Source of the DNA: Utricularia gibba
Taxonomy: Eukaryota > Plantae > Magnoliophyta
Direction: 5' to 3'
NCBI GenBank assembly: GCA_002189035.1
Contig: CM007990.1
Location: 2,728,001-2,792,000 of the forward strand
Length of the DNA: 64,000 nucleotides
The position numbers were made by a program, and so were the translations under genes. The notes below the pieces were generated by a model. It was not told the origin of the DNA and did not search any database. It saw nothing but the letters and a program-made list of their open reading frames with translations. This document shows positions 1-11,900 of this stretch, in pieces (the first letter of the stretch is position 1; every line of letters begins with the position of its first letter).

Positions 1-454
1 CCAATTGCATTGTGGTAACTAGCATTATAAGCACACTCAATCTAGGAAAGCCACTCTCCCATTTGTCGGATGATCACCCAGAAATTTACTCCTCTGCTTG
101 TGTCATAAATTTTTTTTTTTTCAGAATGTCTATTCATTTCTTACTTGATTAAAATACCAGTAATTTATTTTTTTATTTTAAAAATACCTTTTATTTTGAA
201 ATTATTGTTTTAATAACTATTTTTATTTTTATTGAAATACATGCTATTGTGTATTAAGATACATTAGTTTATTTCAAATTTATTGTTAATCAAAAAATTA
301 TTTTGATGGATTACTTTAAATGATAAAAAAGAATAATAATTAAAAAATAGAAAAGAAAAATTGTAGTATAAACCATAAATTAGGATGAATAATAGAAAAG
401 ATTTATCAATCTAAATTTGATTATATTTATGCTTATCGAATATCAATAGAAAAT

Positions 455-1812
455 ATGTTTAAGTGTTAATTTTATAGTTTTAAGTATTTTTATTTGATTA
501 GAGAAAATATGATTTTTGATGTGATTAGTGGGCTAAATCAAAGGATTTAGCCCACCCCATGTCTAACCCGATTTTGGAGTCTAGCAGCAGCCCAAGAATC
601 AACGAAAAATCTGGATTTCGTGCAAGTCACCAGGGTGCAGGGGGCAATGAGTAGACTGTCACGGCGACAGTCTGCAAGTAAAGGCCTGGAGCAACAGATT
701 TGTCAGATAATGTAATTGCCTTGGGAAGTGAGAGGCAAGAGAAAGGTGAAGAGAGAGAATCGCAAAAAAAGGGAGATTACCCCAGAATTTTAAGAGAGGA
801 CACACATGAGGGGGTTTCTCCCCCCACCCCAACTGAAACACGAAGAAGAAGGAGGAAGAAAGGCGATTTTTCTGGAGAAGAACCTCCAGCTTGAAGGAAG
901 ATCAAGACCCAGTTCAGCGCCACTGTTCCGGCCTGTGAACAGTGGCAGACGGAATCTAGAAACTTTACTGCCTTATTTTCGTTTGCTTATGTTCTTAGCT
1001 TCTGCACTAAACTTCTGCACAATGTTCTCAACATTTTCGTTATTTTATGTTAATGCCATTACATTTTACCTTCAAAGCATGAGTAGCTAAATCCTAGGAG
1101 TGCCTTAAGGTGAAGCATGTGGTGTGGGTCTAGGAGTCTTAGTAAAATTGACCTTAGTTTCTTAGCTCTTGTTTCTATCAAACCATGGGTAGACCTAAGG
1201 AGGGGAACAAGTAGCTTCACAGGTTAGATGTTTGATTTAGAGGTATACCAACAAGTCAAGACGAGAGCAGAAGGTGTTAGTTCGGAGTAGAACCAGTAGA
1301 ATTGGGTAGACCTAGTTCTATATGCTTTGCATGCGGGTAGACCTAATTGTAAGGTTGGTGATGATATGGAGGACTAACTTAACCGAAAATATGATGAATG
1401 ACCTGGGTAGACTTAGGTTATTTGAAGTTGTGAGTATAGGAACATGGTAGATTAAATTAGGAATTTTGGCACCACACCATCTGTAGATCCTTAAGGCACG
1501 TTAGTATTATTCTGAGACAAAACCAATACTTGTTACTTTAGCGTTAAGACCTGATATTGCTTACCGATCTTGTTTACCGAACTTGTTTACCGAACTTGTT
1601 TACCACTGTTGGTCTGAGCTTAGACTAAGACTTACCTACTTTGAATTCTGCATTTGCTGAAATACAAGACAAGCACAAGCTCCTTGTGATCAACCCCGAA
1701 TTCCACTGTGTATTTTCAGTTTAATATATATTTTGTGAGGATTAGGGATTATAAATTTATTTGATAACGAATTTTCTATTTTTGTAACGACACTAGGAAT
1801 TTCCGTTTATCA
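455..1812 (+). mobile_element. Athila-like (Ty3/gypsy) LTR, probably solo; 5' end approximate
   Basis: Purine-rich block followed by atgagtagctaaatcctagg...gccttaagg, and a 3' end ...aacgacac...gtttatca (1812). The same motifs recur at 44260-44710, about 46350-46383 and 60110-60642. The 5' part is homologous to 24960-25176 in reverse. No clean TSD. Confidence 0.6.
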
Positions 1813-2043
1813 CTAAATTTCATTATATTGTTACCTATCGAGTATCAACGAAATAAAGAAGTATGATTTTTAAAACTTTTGTACTTTAAAAACATAAAAT
1901 TTAATATATCAAAAAATATTCAAACCAAAAACCTTTTAATAAATCAAAATATTATCAAATGTACTAATCAACTAAGCTAATATACCACAAATTTTCAAAT
2001 GATACCAAATTTTGAATATTTTTTCAAATTCATTTTTATTAAT

Positions 2044-2046
<3 letters not shown>

Positions 2047-2082
<36 letters not shown>
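2047..2082. repeat. (AT)n microsatellite, about 18 units
   Basis: Directly visible. Confidence 0.95.
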
Positions 2083-2084
<2 letters not shown>

Positions 2085-2394
2085 AATGTATAATTATAAA
2101 ATTTAATAAAATTTATAAATTTTTATCGATTAAATATAAAAATAAATTGAAAATGTTTAAAAAAATTTCAATTAAAATAATTCCATTTTTTTTAAAAAAA
2201 AACTACTTGTATTTTTAATAATTACATTTTGTGTAAAAAAAATATTAAAAACATAAGTATTCTAACAAAAAGAATAAGAAAGTAGAGGTATTTTAGTAAT
2301 AATAAAAAAATAACAGATAGTTTGCTAATTGTTACCAGGTATTTCTACAAAACGGCAAATGATCACGTATAAAAGAATGCTAGTAAATTTCCAA

Positions 2395-3573
2395 AACCTT
2401 ATTCACAATTGGGGATGATAGGGTATTGAAAAGTTCAATTGGGTTTTGATTGTTCTAGATAATAAGAATACCTTCTTCAAGAAGATGTTAGTGACTGTGG
2501 AATCCCTATCAATGATAATCGATTTTGACATCCCATGTAGTGGAAGATATTCTCAAAGAAGATTTTGGCCACTAATGATGCGATATATGGATGTGGATGG
2601 TTTATGAATTGTGCATACTTTGATAGCAAATCTATGATTACTAAAATAGATTTCTTTTCTTTGGATGCTGGAAGGCCTTTGTCAAATCCTATGGAGATGT
2701 CCAATTAAATGCGATAGGTTGAAAGAGTTTGTAGGAGGCTACTTGGTTTCAATTATTCTTACTTGACAGATCAATTGTTCAATTGTATGGAGTTTCCACG
2801 AACTCTTGCATATCACGGTCATTCCTTTCCAATAAAAGCCCAAGAAAATACTTGGAGTAGTCTTGCAAGCACGTTCATTGTAGGCATCGTGTATAGCTGA
2901 GAGAATCATCAAGTAAGATTAGGAGCTTCAATGTAAATTCTATGTTTATAGTAACTCAAGTCATCCTTCAATTGTGAATGTGGGCTTTGATTTCCTTGTA
3001 GAATTTTCTGCAACAAAATCCTCCCTTCTTATTGCGTAAATTATTTTAAGTTGATAGCATTAGTTCTCCCAAATCAGCCTTTTACGAGAGAGATCATCAA
3101 GAGCTTTATTTTCCTTCCCAATGTTTTCTCAAATGAGTGTTCATGCATTTCAATTTGGCAGTATTTGCCTAGTAGAGAATATTTTGATTCTGTGAAATTC
3201 TCTAGTTAATTTCTCCAAGGTGAGGATTGGAAATTTGCTCTTGATAGTCATCACTTTCTGTGCTGTAGAGTTGATGCATTACCTCTAACCAACATCACGT
3301 TTGGCCACTGGGAGGATCAATGTGGAGAATGGAGTATCCAAATGCATCATTTGTATAGTAATTCTTTGACTTGATTCTCAATTTCCAATTGTTTCAATTG
3401 AAGATAACAATACGATCTCTAGCTGTAGGATTTTCTTTGCTCTAAACCTACGGGCTCATCGAAAATTTCCTGGATGACTACATAAGAGTTGATAAGTATT
3501 GATTCCATAAGAGCAAGTTATGGTGTGATTCCATCTCCTCTAAGATACAATAACTTCATTTAAGTTTATGTCA
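2395..3573 (-). pseudogene. Degenerate Ty3/gypsy (chromovirus-like) pol: RT and integrase remnants
   Basis: Minus-strand translations: IENQVKELL and KVMTIKSKFPILTLEKLTREFHRIKIFS (RT N-terminus); MDISIGFDKGLPASKEKKSILVIIDLLSKYAQF...HPYIASLVAKIFFENIF (integrase core); PYHPQ near 2410. Many stops and frameshifts. Confidence 0.85.
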
Positions 3574-4242
3574 CCCCTAATTAGAGGTGTAAATGAGGCG
3601 AGTCGAGCCAAACTTTGGGTATGCTCGGCTCGACTCGGCCACCTTCATATTGAGCCCGAGCTCGGCTCGGGCTCGGACCGAGCCTAGCAACCCATTCTCA
3701 AGCTCGAGCTTGGGTAGGCTCAAATCTCAAGCTCAAGCTCGTGAATTATACCTACTGCTATGGCTATTTGATGTTCTTCCATGACCTCATAAATGATGGG
3801 GCACCGTTAGTTTTATTCTTTTTTAAATCCATACATATTGACCCAAATTCAAAGACAACAAAAGTAAAAAAAAAAGTTCAATTCTCTGAAAATTTATTCC
3901 AGCCATGTGCAAAACTCATGAAGCACAATAATTAAAACACCACTCCTTGGTAACTCGAAACTAGAGGTTATCTCATCAGAAACCAGCCATTAAGCACTAG
4001 CATCCCCTGTTGACAGCCTTGTATTAGAACATTTGATGGGAAAATAAAAAAAAATTTCATTAGTAAGTCAAAATTCACAAATTTATAAAGTATGCAACAT
4101 GAACAACCACAAATTACCAAACATTCTTCTTTCAAATTCTAACCTTTCACATCAAAATTTCATGATCAAGCAAAGTAAATTCCAGAGGTTCTTCTTCCAC
4201 CTAAATAAAATGAGATAAATATTTTTAGAATTAAAAATAGAG

Positions 4243-6258
4243 CTAATGATATGAAATAAAAAATAAAAACTCTCGTACTGATTTGGATTTTCTAATCCCA
4301 TGAAGATGACGAACCCAATCGCTACCACATAAAAGAACTTGAACAGTCTCTTTTGACAAAGAAGCATGATATGGATCAAGAACCCTTTCTCCAGTACTAA
4401 AATTTGATTCCGATGCAATTGTAGTAGAAGGAATAGATAAAATATCACATGTCATGCGTGATAGTATTTAAACTCAAGCCATCCAATGACTGTCTGAATG
4501 TGAAATCTCTAGCTCAGACTTTTATGGTTGGGGACACTTTCTGAAAAGTCCACAAATTGATTAAACTCAAGCCATCCAATGACTGTCTGAATGTGAAATA
4601 TCAGTAGAAGAGCCAATCAAGTTAAAATTTGGCATATCATTTGAGTCCTCCATAGCTCTATACTCATTGAATAAATCCTGGAACTTGTTACGAACTTGAA
4701 GAATATTTTGGAAACATTCTTCTTTTGAGTAAAGAGCAGAAAATGCAAACTCAACCATCTTCATCTTGAATCGAGAATCTAAAATTGCAGCAATGGACAT
4801 CACTAGATTGCATTCCTTCCAATACTTGTCAAACTTATCTTTCATCTTGGCAATCATATCCTGTAGGTACTTTGCATCAATATCTTAATGGCAATTCAAG
4901 ACCTCTTTAATCCTTCGAATAACTACAAGGAACTTGCTAGATGTAACGTAGTCCGTCCCTGATATCATCTTAGTGGCCTCATAGAAAGTTTCCAAGATTT
5001 TTGTAATCTTATCAATTTTTTCCCAATCTTGCTGTGATGGATAAGAAATAAATTCAGGATGCATTTCTGCAAAAATAGGAAAACCATGCTTGTACTTTGA
5101 AGCCACAATCAACATTTCATATGCAGAATTCCAACGAGTCGAGCAATCATAGAGCAATTCCCGAGCAGACAATTTCATCTGATGAACAATTTCAGAGAAC
5201 TTTTTAAATCTTGATTTTGATGTAGTGATATACCGTACATCATCTCTGATCACTTCAATGACATTTCCAATTTTTGACAATCCATCTTGAACAATCAGAT
5301 TTAAAATATGATTAGTACATCTAACATGAAACAATTTTCCCCCTAAAGGCAAGCTGCGAGCATTTAAAAAGGTTTCTCTTAATATCCGAATTGCCACATC
5401 ATTTGTTGAAGCATTATCAACTGCAATAGAGAATACTTTTCCTTCAATTTCCCAATCTCTAAATCATCGGCTTACTGATTCAGCAATTTCTATTCCCGAA
5501 TGTGGAGGGGGAATATCAATAAAACTGAGTAAATACTTTTCAAGCTTCCAATCAAGCACAAAATGACCCGTAACACACATATAAGAAATCCCTTGTGATG
5601 AGCACTTCCATATATCAGTGGTAAGAGAAATATTTCTTACTCTCTTCAAAAGAGTCTTCAATTTTTTCTTCTCTTTCTTATACACAGCTACACAATCATT
5701 TTTAGCTCTATCTCGAGATATATTTATATAACCAGATAGGTGAAGTTTCATCATAAATGTAAATCCTTCTTCTTCAACCACACTAAAGGCCTTCTCATGC
5801 ATAAGTATCCAGTGTGCCACAGCTTCACGTTGTCTTCCATGATCATATGTACCACTCGAAATAATAGGCTCTTCCACTTTAGATTTCATCGGTTGAAGAT
5901 TCAATTTCCTCTGATTCTTCAAAAACAGAGCTCTAGGTGAACATGTTTTTTCCATATGCCTTTTCAAGTGAGTAGTTGACTGACTTTTGGATATGCTCAA
6001 TTTTTACTTACAATGCATACACTTGGCCTTCTTCTCACCATTAGGTAAAGTACTCTCCTCAAACACCTTCCACACAACAGATGTTTTTTTTCTTTTTCTC
6101 TCTTTAAAGTGATCATCTTCATCATCATCATTTTCTTCCTCATGTCCAGTAACATCATCTTTGTGAATTTCTTCTTGTTCAGCATCAGCATTTAATAATT
6201 CTTCTAAATCAAGATTTTCTGATCCACATTCCTATATATACTCTGAATTTTCTTCCAT
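4243..6258 (-). pseudogene. hAT transposase (BED finger, catalytic core, C-terminal dimerisation domain), frameshifted
   Basis: ORF pieces: TTHLKRHMEKTC (BED), ISLTTDIW, HVRCTNHILNLIVQDGL, DCSTRWNSAYEML, KFDKYW...AAILDSRFKM, CDILSIPSTTIASESNFSTGERVLDPYHASL. Split across at least 5 frames; ATG at 6258. Confidence 0.9.
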
Positions 6259-6740
6259 CTAAATTCTAGAGAAAAAAAATTCAGTATAATAATTAATAAA
6301 GATATCAAAAGAATATATAATAAAACAATTCAAAAATTTACAAATGATTTCTAACAGATCATAAAACATATATATAATTCAGAAACTTAATCAATACAAA
6401 ATCTAAAATATAGGCAATGTAAAAAAATAAAAAATCAAACATAAATTATCAATACCGACCTGTCTCATCAATCTAATGAGGCACTAAAGACTCAATCTTG
6501 CTGGTAGAAACGAAAAGTATGAAGCCGCAATGTTGATGTGAGAAACAAAAAAGTAAGAGGAAGTAAGTCACTGTTAAGTGTCATTTTCTAGTTATTATTT
6601 AGGTATTATTATGTATTAATTAAGTGCTAAGTCGCCCAATTATGAGTCTTATTATTAAGTATTTGATTTTTACTAGAAAATTCCTATTTTCCCATTTTGT
6701 GTATATTTTATGCATTTTTTCTCACACTTTGACCGAGCCA

Positions 6741-7878
6741 TGTCAGGAGACTGTAAGGAGTGTTGCAGGAGTATTGCAGGTGGTCAGACTCTGAGTTTTC
6801 ATGCCTTGTACGCAAGTTGGAATGATTGTGAGCGGAAGACTGACACTGGTCAAGGCCCATGACTTACGGCATGTTAGAGTCTGCAGCAATTATTGGGCGC
6901 AAACTTGCATGCAAAGAAAGTCTGTTGGCGCATGCAAGACAGAAGGAATGATGGGAAGGGGACCCAAAGGAGTTAATGCACGTGGGAAGTCATATAAAAG
7001 TCACTTGGAACACTTAGTTTAGGACTTTTGAACATTTTCTCTTGTATTTAGAACTTTTGAGTTCTTCCTCCCCTCAAGGAGGAAGAACACTTAGCTTCCT
7101 TTCATTTATGTTTCTATGGCCCTTTTGGGCTAAAAACCTTTAGTTTCTGGGAAGTAGATGAAGTTTCCTTCCAAGTCCTGAGCAATACACTCGGTTCTTC
7201 ACTGAATTCCATTCGAATTCCGCATACTTCCACCCGTCTTGTTACAGTCTTTTTGTAACGACTCTTAATCAAGGTCCATAAGTAGCAGGCCACTTCTCGC
7301 AGATTTTGGTGAAGATCAAGGTGAAGAGCACCAACTCCAACCCTGCTGGTTCGAGGGAAGTAGCAGATTGTTTGTGGCCTAGGTACCGCGATAGTGGACA
7401 GGTTGTGACCTCGGACCTGTGACTGGCCATTGGCAACAGCTGGGCACACGCGCACAATTCGGTTTTGAAGGCAATCGAAGGCAATCCTCTTGTCTTCCTA
7501 ATCGTCCAAGGGGAAATCACATGAGGCTATTCCCGTGCCTCCTTGTCAATAAGAGTGTAAGGGAGAGTAGACTATTCCTTGCTCCTATAACCAGCTATTC
7601 GGAAGAAATCAGTGAAAATCGAGGCAAGGACGGACAAAGGAAGGAGATGGATTCTTATTCCCAGGAACTGCGTCCCGTAGTCAAGGCCCATTACTTAGGT
7701 TGTATCTTTCATTTCTGCATCTTAAAAACCCCCTTTTACAAAACCGTGACATTTTGTACAAGTTGCTTGCAAACACTTTTCACGAAAAACAACTCCCTGA
7801 GATCGATACTCGTACTACGCTTTCTAGTGTTTTACGTTTTAAAATATTTAAAATTTGTTGAGGAAACGACATGTAACA
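6741..7878. mobile_element. Tat/Ogre-like LTR (probable solo LTR) nested inside the hAT element
   Basis: Ends ...gaggaaacgacatgtaaca (7878). About 900 bp is homologous in reverse to 58907-59812. Flanks gccat/gtcat are only an imperfect TSD, and the left boundary is uncertain. Lineage label is tentative. Confidence 0.65.
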
Positions 7879-8144
7879 GTCATCCTTTAAAAGGACATTA
7901 AATATGGATTCTGCATAAAGTGTGGAAGGGTTCAGTCTAAACCCTTAATTATTGAGGTCGGGCCGTGAGCCCTCGAGTCGAGACCATTATTGATCGGGCT
8001 CGACTCGATTAGATGTATCAAGCCCAGTTGGTGGATCGAACTCGAGTTCGGGCTTGTATAAATCGAACTCGGGCTGAGCCTTTATCGAGCCGAGCTTCAG
8101 GCCGCTCGATAAAGGCCCAGCTCATTTACACCCCTATCCCTAAT

Positions 8145-8870
8145 CATACGCTCTTGGCCTAGTCTTGTGAAATGGATTTACTAGTGAGTACAAAACCCAT
8201 ATCACCGATCCTACCACCTCTAGCCAATCAGCCTACGACACATGTAAATCCTTTTGAGTGGTTAGAAAAAGAGTGCGAGCTCAGTTGTATATGTACCTAA
8301 TCTTTAGTCAGAGAATTTCATAGACTCCATGGTAGTTTATCGATTTTCCATTTGGGGTTACTAATCATAATCTTGTTCTGGGTGATTAGGAGATGAAGTG
8401 CTATTGCCATGCTTTCTTGAATAAAGCTATGACTGTTGCCTGAATCAATTAAAAAAGGGAAAGATTAGTGGTCGATCTGTACTGCTACTTTCATCACTCT
8501 CCATGAACTCTTCTAATGGATATGTCCTATTAATCGAAGTGTATACTTGCTGCTCATCATCTTTTGCATTTTCCTCTTCGTCAATAAACTTCATAGGAAA
8601 AAACTTCTTGGATTTACGTCTAGGAGAGAATTTCCGGTCACAATGAAAACATAGATTTTTTTTGGTTTTCTATTCATCAAATTCTTTTTGTGGTGGATAT
8701 TTTAGAATTTGAGGTTTAGAATTCTCATGGTTGCCTTGTTGTATCTCTTTGGGGTTTTCCTTGAGCCCTAAAGTGTTGTTTTTATGTGTTGCTTTAGGAA
8801 GTCCATTTTCTTGTGCAATAATATCCCCAAGCTCATCGCATTAGCGGTGTCGTACTAATTGTCAGATGTT
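8145..8870 (-). pseudogene. Gypsy gag C-terminus and aspartic protease remnant (upstream part of the 2395-3573 pol)
   Basis: LIDSGNSHSFIQES (protease) near 8430 and KNLCFHCDRKFSP (gag knuckle-like) near 8650. The reading continues across the hAT TSD. Confidence 0.8.
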
Positions 8871-8884
8871 ATTTGTATTGACTG

Positions 8885-9030
8885 CATATTGTTTTTTATT
8901 TTGAATTTGCACTATTAGTTGATCGTTATTTGGATTGAGTGTATATTTTTTTATTTTAAATTTGTATTATTAGTTGATCCTTAAGTATTTTCTAGATCGA
9001 GAATATATTTTTTATTTTAAATTTATATTA
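8885..9030. repeat. About 60-bp tandem repeat (2-2.5 copies) with core gatccttaagtattttctagatcgag
   Basis: Similar to the gatccttaggtatactttg(g/a)atcgag units at 49070-49100 and 51395-51545. Confidence 0.7.
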
Positions 9031-9234
9031 CGTATTATTTAATCATTTGGAATGTTTTGAATTGAGTTTTCATTTATTCTATATTTCATTTATTTAAACA
9101 ACAATAATCTTAATATACTATAAACTGAATAAAATAATATTAACAAATGCAAATTTAAAGATAAGTCAACAATCAAGATATCAGAACTACTGCATAATTA
9201 TTCACAAGAATGTCGATTGAAAGGTGTCTCTACT

Positions 9235-11035
9235 CATCTGCAAGACTTGCATAGTATTCTCACAAAGGATGCCCATCACATATGGGAGGCTGACCTATTC
9301 AAAAATCTTTGACAGAGCCCGAAATATCATGAGCATAAAGTAAGCCTTCAAAAAAAGGTCGTATCTTGTCCAACATTTAGTGATATATTGTCCCTATCAG
9401 TATGCACATAAGAGGCTAGAAAAACAGTATTGTTTTCTTGAAAAATAAAAAGTTAGTTTTGGCATATAACATGGCCCACGCTAGTTGCAAATAGGAAAAA
9501 AAAAAAAAAAAACACACCAGATTTCTCATTGATTTCTAAGGTGAGTTATCAATCAAGAGGGTGCTATGAAAAACATACCTTGTATTCAACCTATTGTCCA
9601 CAGGCCATACATAATTCAACTCCTTTAAATAGACCATGTTGTTAGGATTAGTCTGCACGCATACAATTGTGTCCATAGTGATTGATTGGATCCATACAAA
9701 AATCAGTTTTTGAATAATGATGGTTCAAAAACTCATTGAGTGATTGCATGTAGATGATCATTACAAAGGACATCATACACTAAGCATTTCGAAAATTCTA
9801 AATGTGAAAAAGATGATGCAAAAACGCTACTCACCATGAGATGACCAATTGCCTGTATCAAAGTTATCCAAGCATCATCTAATAAACTCATGGACATATG
9901 GATGTAGATACACTGTATACATTAAATAAAAAAAGCCAACACCTCTCATAAAGTACTAATACACAAATGCATATAAAAGATGGAAATATATGTTGTGCTA
10001 ACTAAAAGAATACTTAATTAGCTATATATGATTTTTCTAAAGAGATTCTTGACATTGATGGTTCAGACATTTACATGATGTCTGCAACTACGCCATTAAT
10101 GTGCAAGATAATTAGTTTTTTCTGTGTCTAGTGTTACTAAAAAATGGTCCGGTGTAGGCCCAATGGCTCACATATAACTCCAGCGTGTAGTGAAGCTCTT
10201 CATTCTTCTTTATTAGATATGTAACTCTATCATCTAGAGTCACATGTGCATCATGTTTGTTCCCCTCTAGATGAAAAACCTTCGATGTCCTCTCATCCTT
10301 AGTCATATCAGTATCATCCTTACAAGATCTCAGGTTCTTCAAAGCATCGCACCAGTAGTGTTTTGTCCCTAGTACATCCACAAATGATGGTAGAATATTA
10401 CTAAAATTCCTTTGTATGTTTGAAAAGACACATATGAGGTCAGGTGCGTCACTCTTACTCAAAGTATCAAATCCTACAAGAAGAATATGAAAAATTATGA
10501 TATATTTTCGGTCACATTTCTCATAGATGTGCTTTAAAACATTTACTTTTGGTTTTTCCTACTTGACTCAAATTAATGTAACTTGGGGAAATTTCGATTC
10601 CGTTGGAGGATGGATCCAAACAAAACTAATCTATCATTCTTTGAATCTTTTCTTCACGTCTTTCACAATCGCTAGACCTTTTTTCCCTTACATGTGGAAT
10701 AATAAATGTCTCGAGTCCTATAGCATACACTCACAACAAAGAAGTATCGACGTTCTACTTTGAGATATAACTTAGTATAAATACTCACAAATGTCAACAC
10801 ATATGTAATAGACGTTGGAGTCAAGTGAGAAAAAGGTATCTTCAAACATTCTAATAACTCTTTTAAAAATTACAAAAATGGAAACCATAAATCACAACAG
10901 AAATGCTCTGTGCTTAATGCAAACCCCATAGGACTGACATGTGTTGGGAGTTCATCATCAATCATCTCATTGGATTCTTTATCCCAAATCTCATACTCAT
11001 TTGTTTCTAGTTTTGAGTTTCTCGGAAGTATGCAT
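9235..11035 (-). pseudogene. Chimeric Transposase_28-like + linker + FCP1/NIF-like HAD phosphatase gene, copy 1 (degenerate)
   Basis: Minus translations: YEIWDKESNEMIDDELPTHVSPMGFALSTEHFCCDLWFPFL*FLKELLECLKIPFSHLTPTSITYVLTFVS; GKKGLAIVKDVKKRFKE**ISFVWIHP; open linker ORF 10112-10462; RKKLIILHINGVVAD; VYLHPYVHEFIR*CLDNFDTGNWSS; VYLKELNYVW...STLLIDNSP*KSMRN; FFEGLLYAHD...IGQPPICDGHPL*EYY. All are colinear with 49831-51213. Confidence 0.85.
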
Positions 11036-11096
11036 CAACAAACACCCATAAACATTGTATAAACAATCGAATTACATCAAATGCACATGAGTTGGA

Positions 11097-11498
11097 ATGA
11101 AGAAGGTGTTTTTGAGAAAATATTTTCCAGCTTTCAAGGCTGAAGGGATAAGAAAAAAGATTAGTGATGTTGAACAAATGAATGGCGAATCATTGCATGA
11201 ATATTGGAAAAGGTTTAATCATCTTTTGGGCTCCTGCCCGCACCATGATTTTCAAACCAATGCATTGGTCAAATATTTCTATGATGGACTTTTATGCATA
11301 GATAGGGCCAAAGTAGATTCAGTGGCGGGAGGATTTTTAAAGAAAAAAACATCAACCGAAGCTCTTTCCTTGCTTAAGAAATTGACTGAGCATTCAAGAC
11401 ATATTATCAGGAAACAAGCCTCAAACAAAAGAGTGTATGAAGTGGAGAGTAAGTCTAGGGCTTCAAAGATTCTCTATCTTGATGGCAATTTCCCATAA
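11097..11498 (+). pseudogene. Athila-like retrotransposon gag fragment
   Basis: KVFLRKYFP...QMNGESLHEYWKRFNHLLGSCPHH...YFYDGL...VDSVAGG...KT..EA is typical of the Retrotrans_gag domain. Confidence 0.85.
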
Positions 11499-11900
11499 GT
11501 GCTCTTTGTACTCCTCCAAGCTTCTGTCCATTTATAATTTGGCAAGTCGTGTCATGTTTGTTTCTTCTAACGTATATGAACCAGATCTGAGTCAATGTTT
11601 CTAACTTATTGGCATGATCCACAATTTAATCTCATCATTGATATTTTAGTACTGAAATGCATGTTTGCATCTACTCAACCAGCTAAGGGGTGAATTTCAC
11701 CATCATATTTTGATAGTTTTAAGCACAATTTATCAATTCCCAATTTGTGGTGGTAAGCTTTAGATTCCTTTTCCCATGAGTGATCCTACACCATGATGGT
11801 TGGAGTTTTATGGCAAGGAGTCATGATGATGAAGTTCCATATGCTGTTTCAAAGTTGTCATCCAGGTGCCCATCTAATTTTGTAGTGCCTTAGTCATCTC
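11480..11900 (-). pseudogene. Gypsy gag N-terminal remnant, possibly the 5' part of the element at 2395-8870
   Basis: LKLSKYDGEIHPL...YKWTEAW...TYGKLPS resembles the FPxFDG...WxxF...RFG pattern of chromovirus-type gag. Confidence 0.5.

Larger units (their letters stand above)
3582..8136 (-). mobile_element. hAT DNA transposon inserted in the gypsy element
   Basis: TIRs tagaggtgtaaatgag (3582-3597) and ctcatttacaccccta (8121-8136); 8-bp TSD cccctaat (3574-3581) / tccctaat (8137-8144), 7/8 match; ctcgag/ctcggctcg subterminal repeats at both ends. Confidence 0.92.

Noticed and set aside
400-455. About 50-bp similarity to 1803-1857 as a target duplication of the first LTR
   Set aside because: Too long and too divergent for an LTR TSD; probably pre-existing low-complexity repetition.
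80-2392. Possible MULE-like element with gaaatttac / gtaaatttc ends around the first LTR
   Set aside because: Only about 9 bp of inverted match in AT-rich DNA and no TSD.
7419-7901. 160-aa ORF and neighbouring ORFs in the LTR-like insert
   Set aside because: No recognisable domain; the reading frame is not preserved in the second copy at 58907-59812.
10112-10462. Initial reading of this ORF as a Mutator transposase fragment
   Set aside because: Only a vague H..C spacing supported it. The flanking frames place it as the linker between the two domains of the fusion gene.
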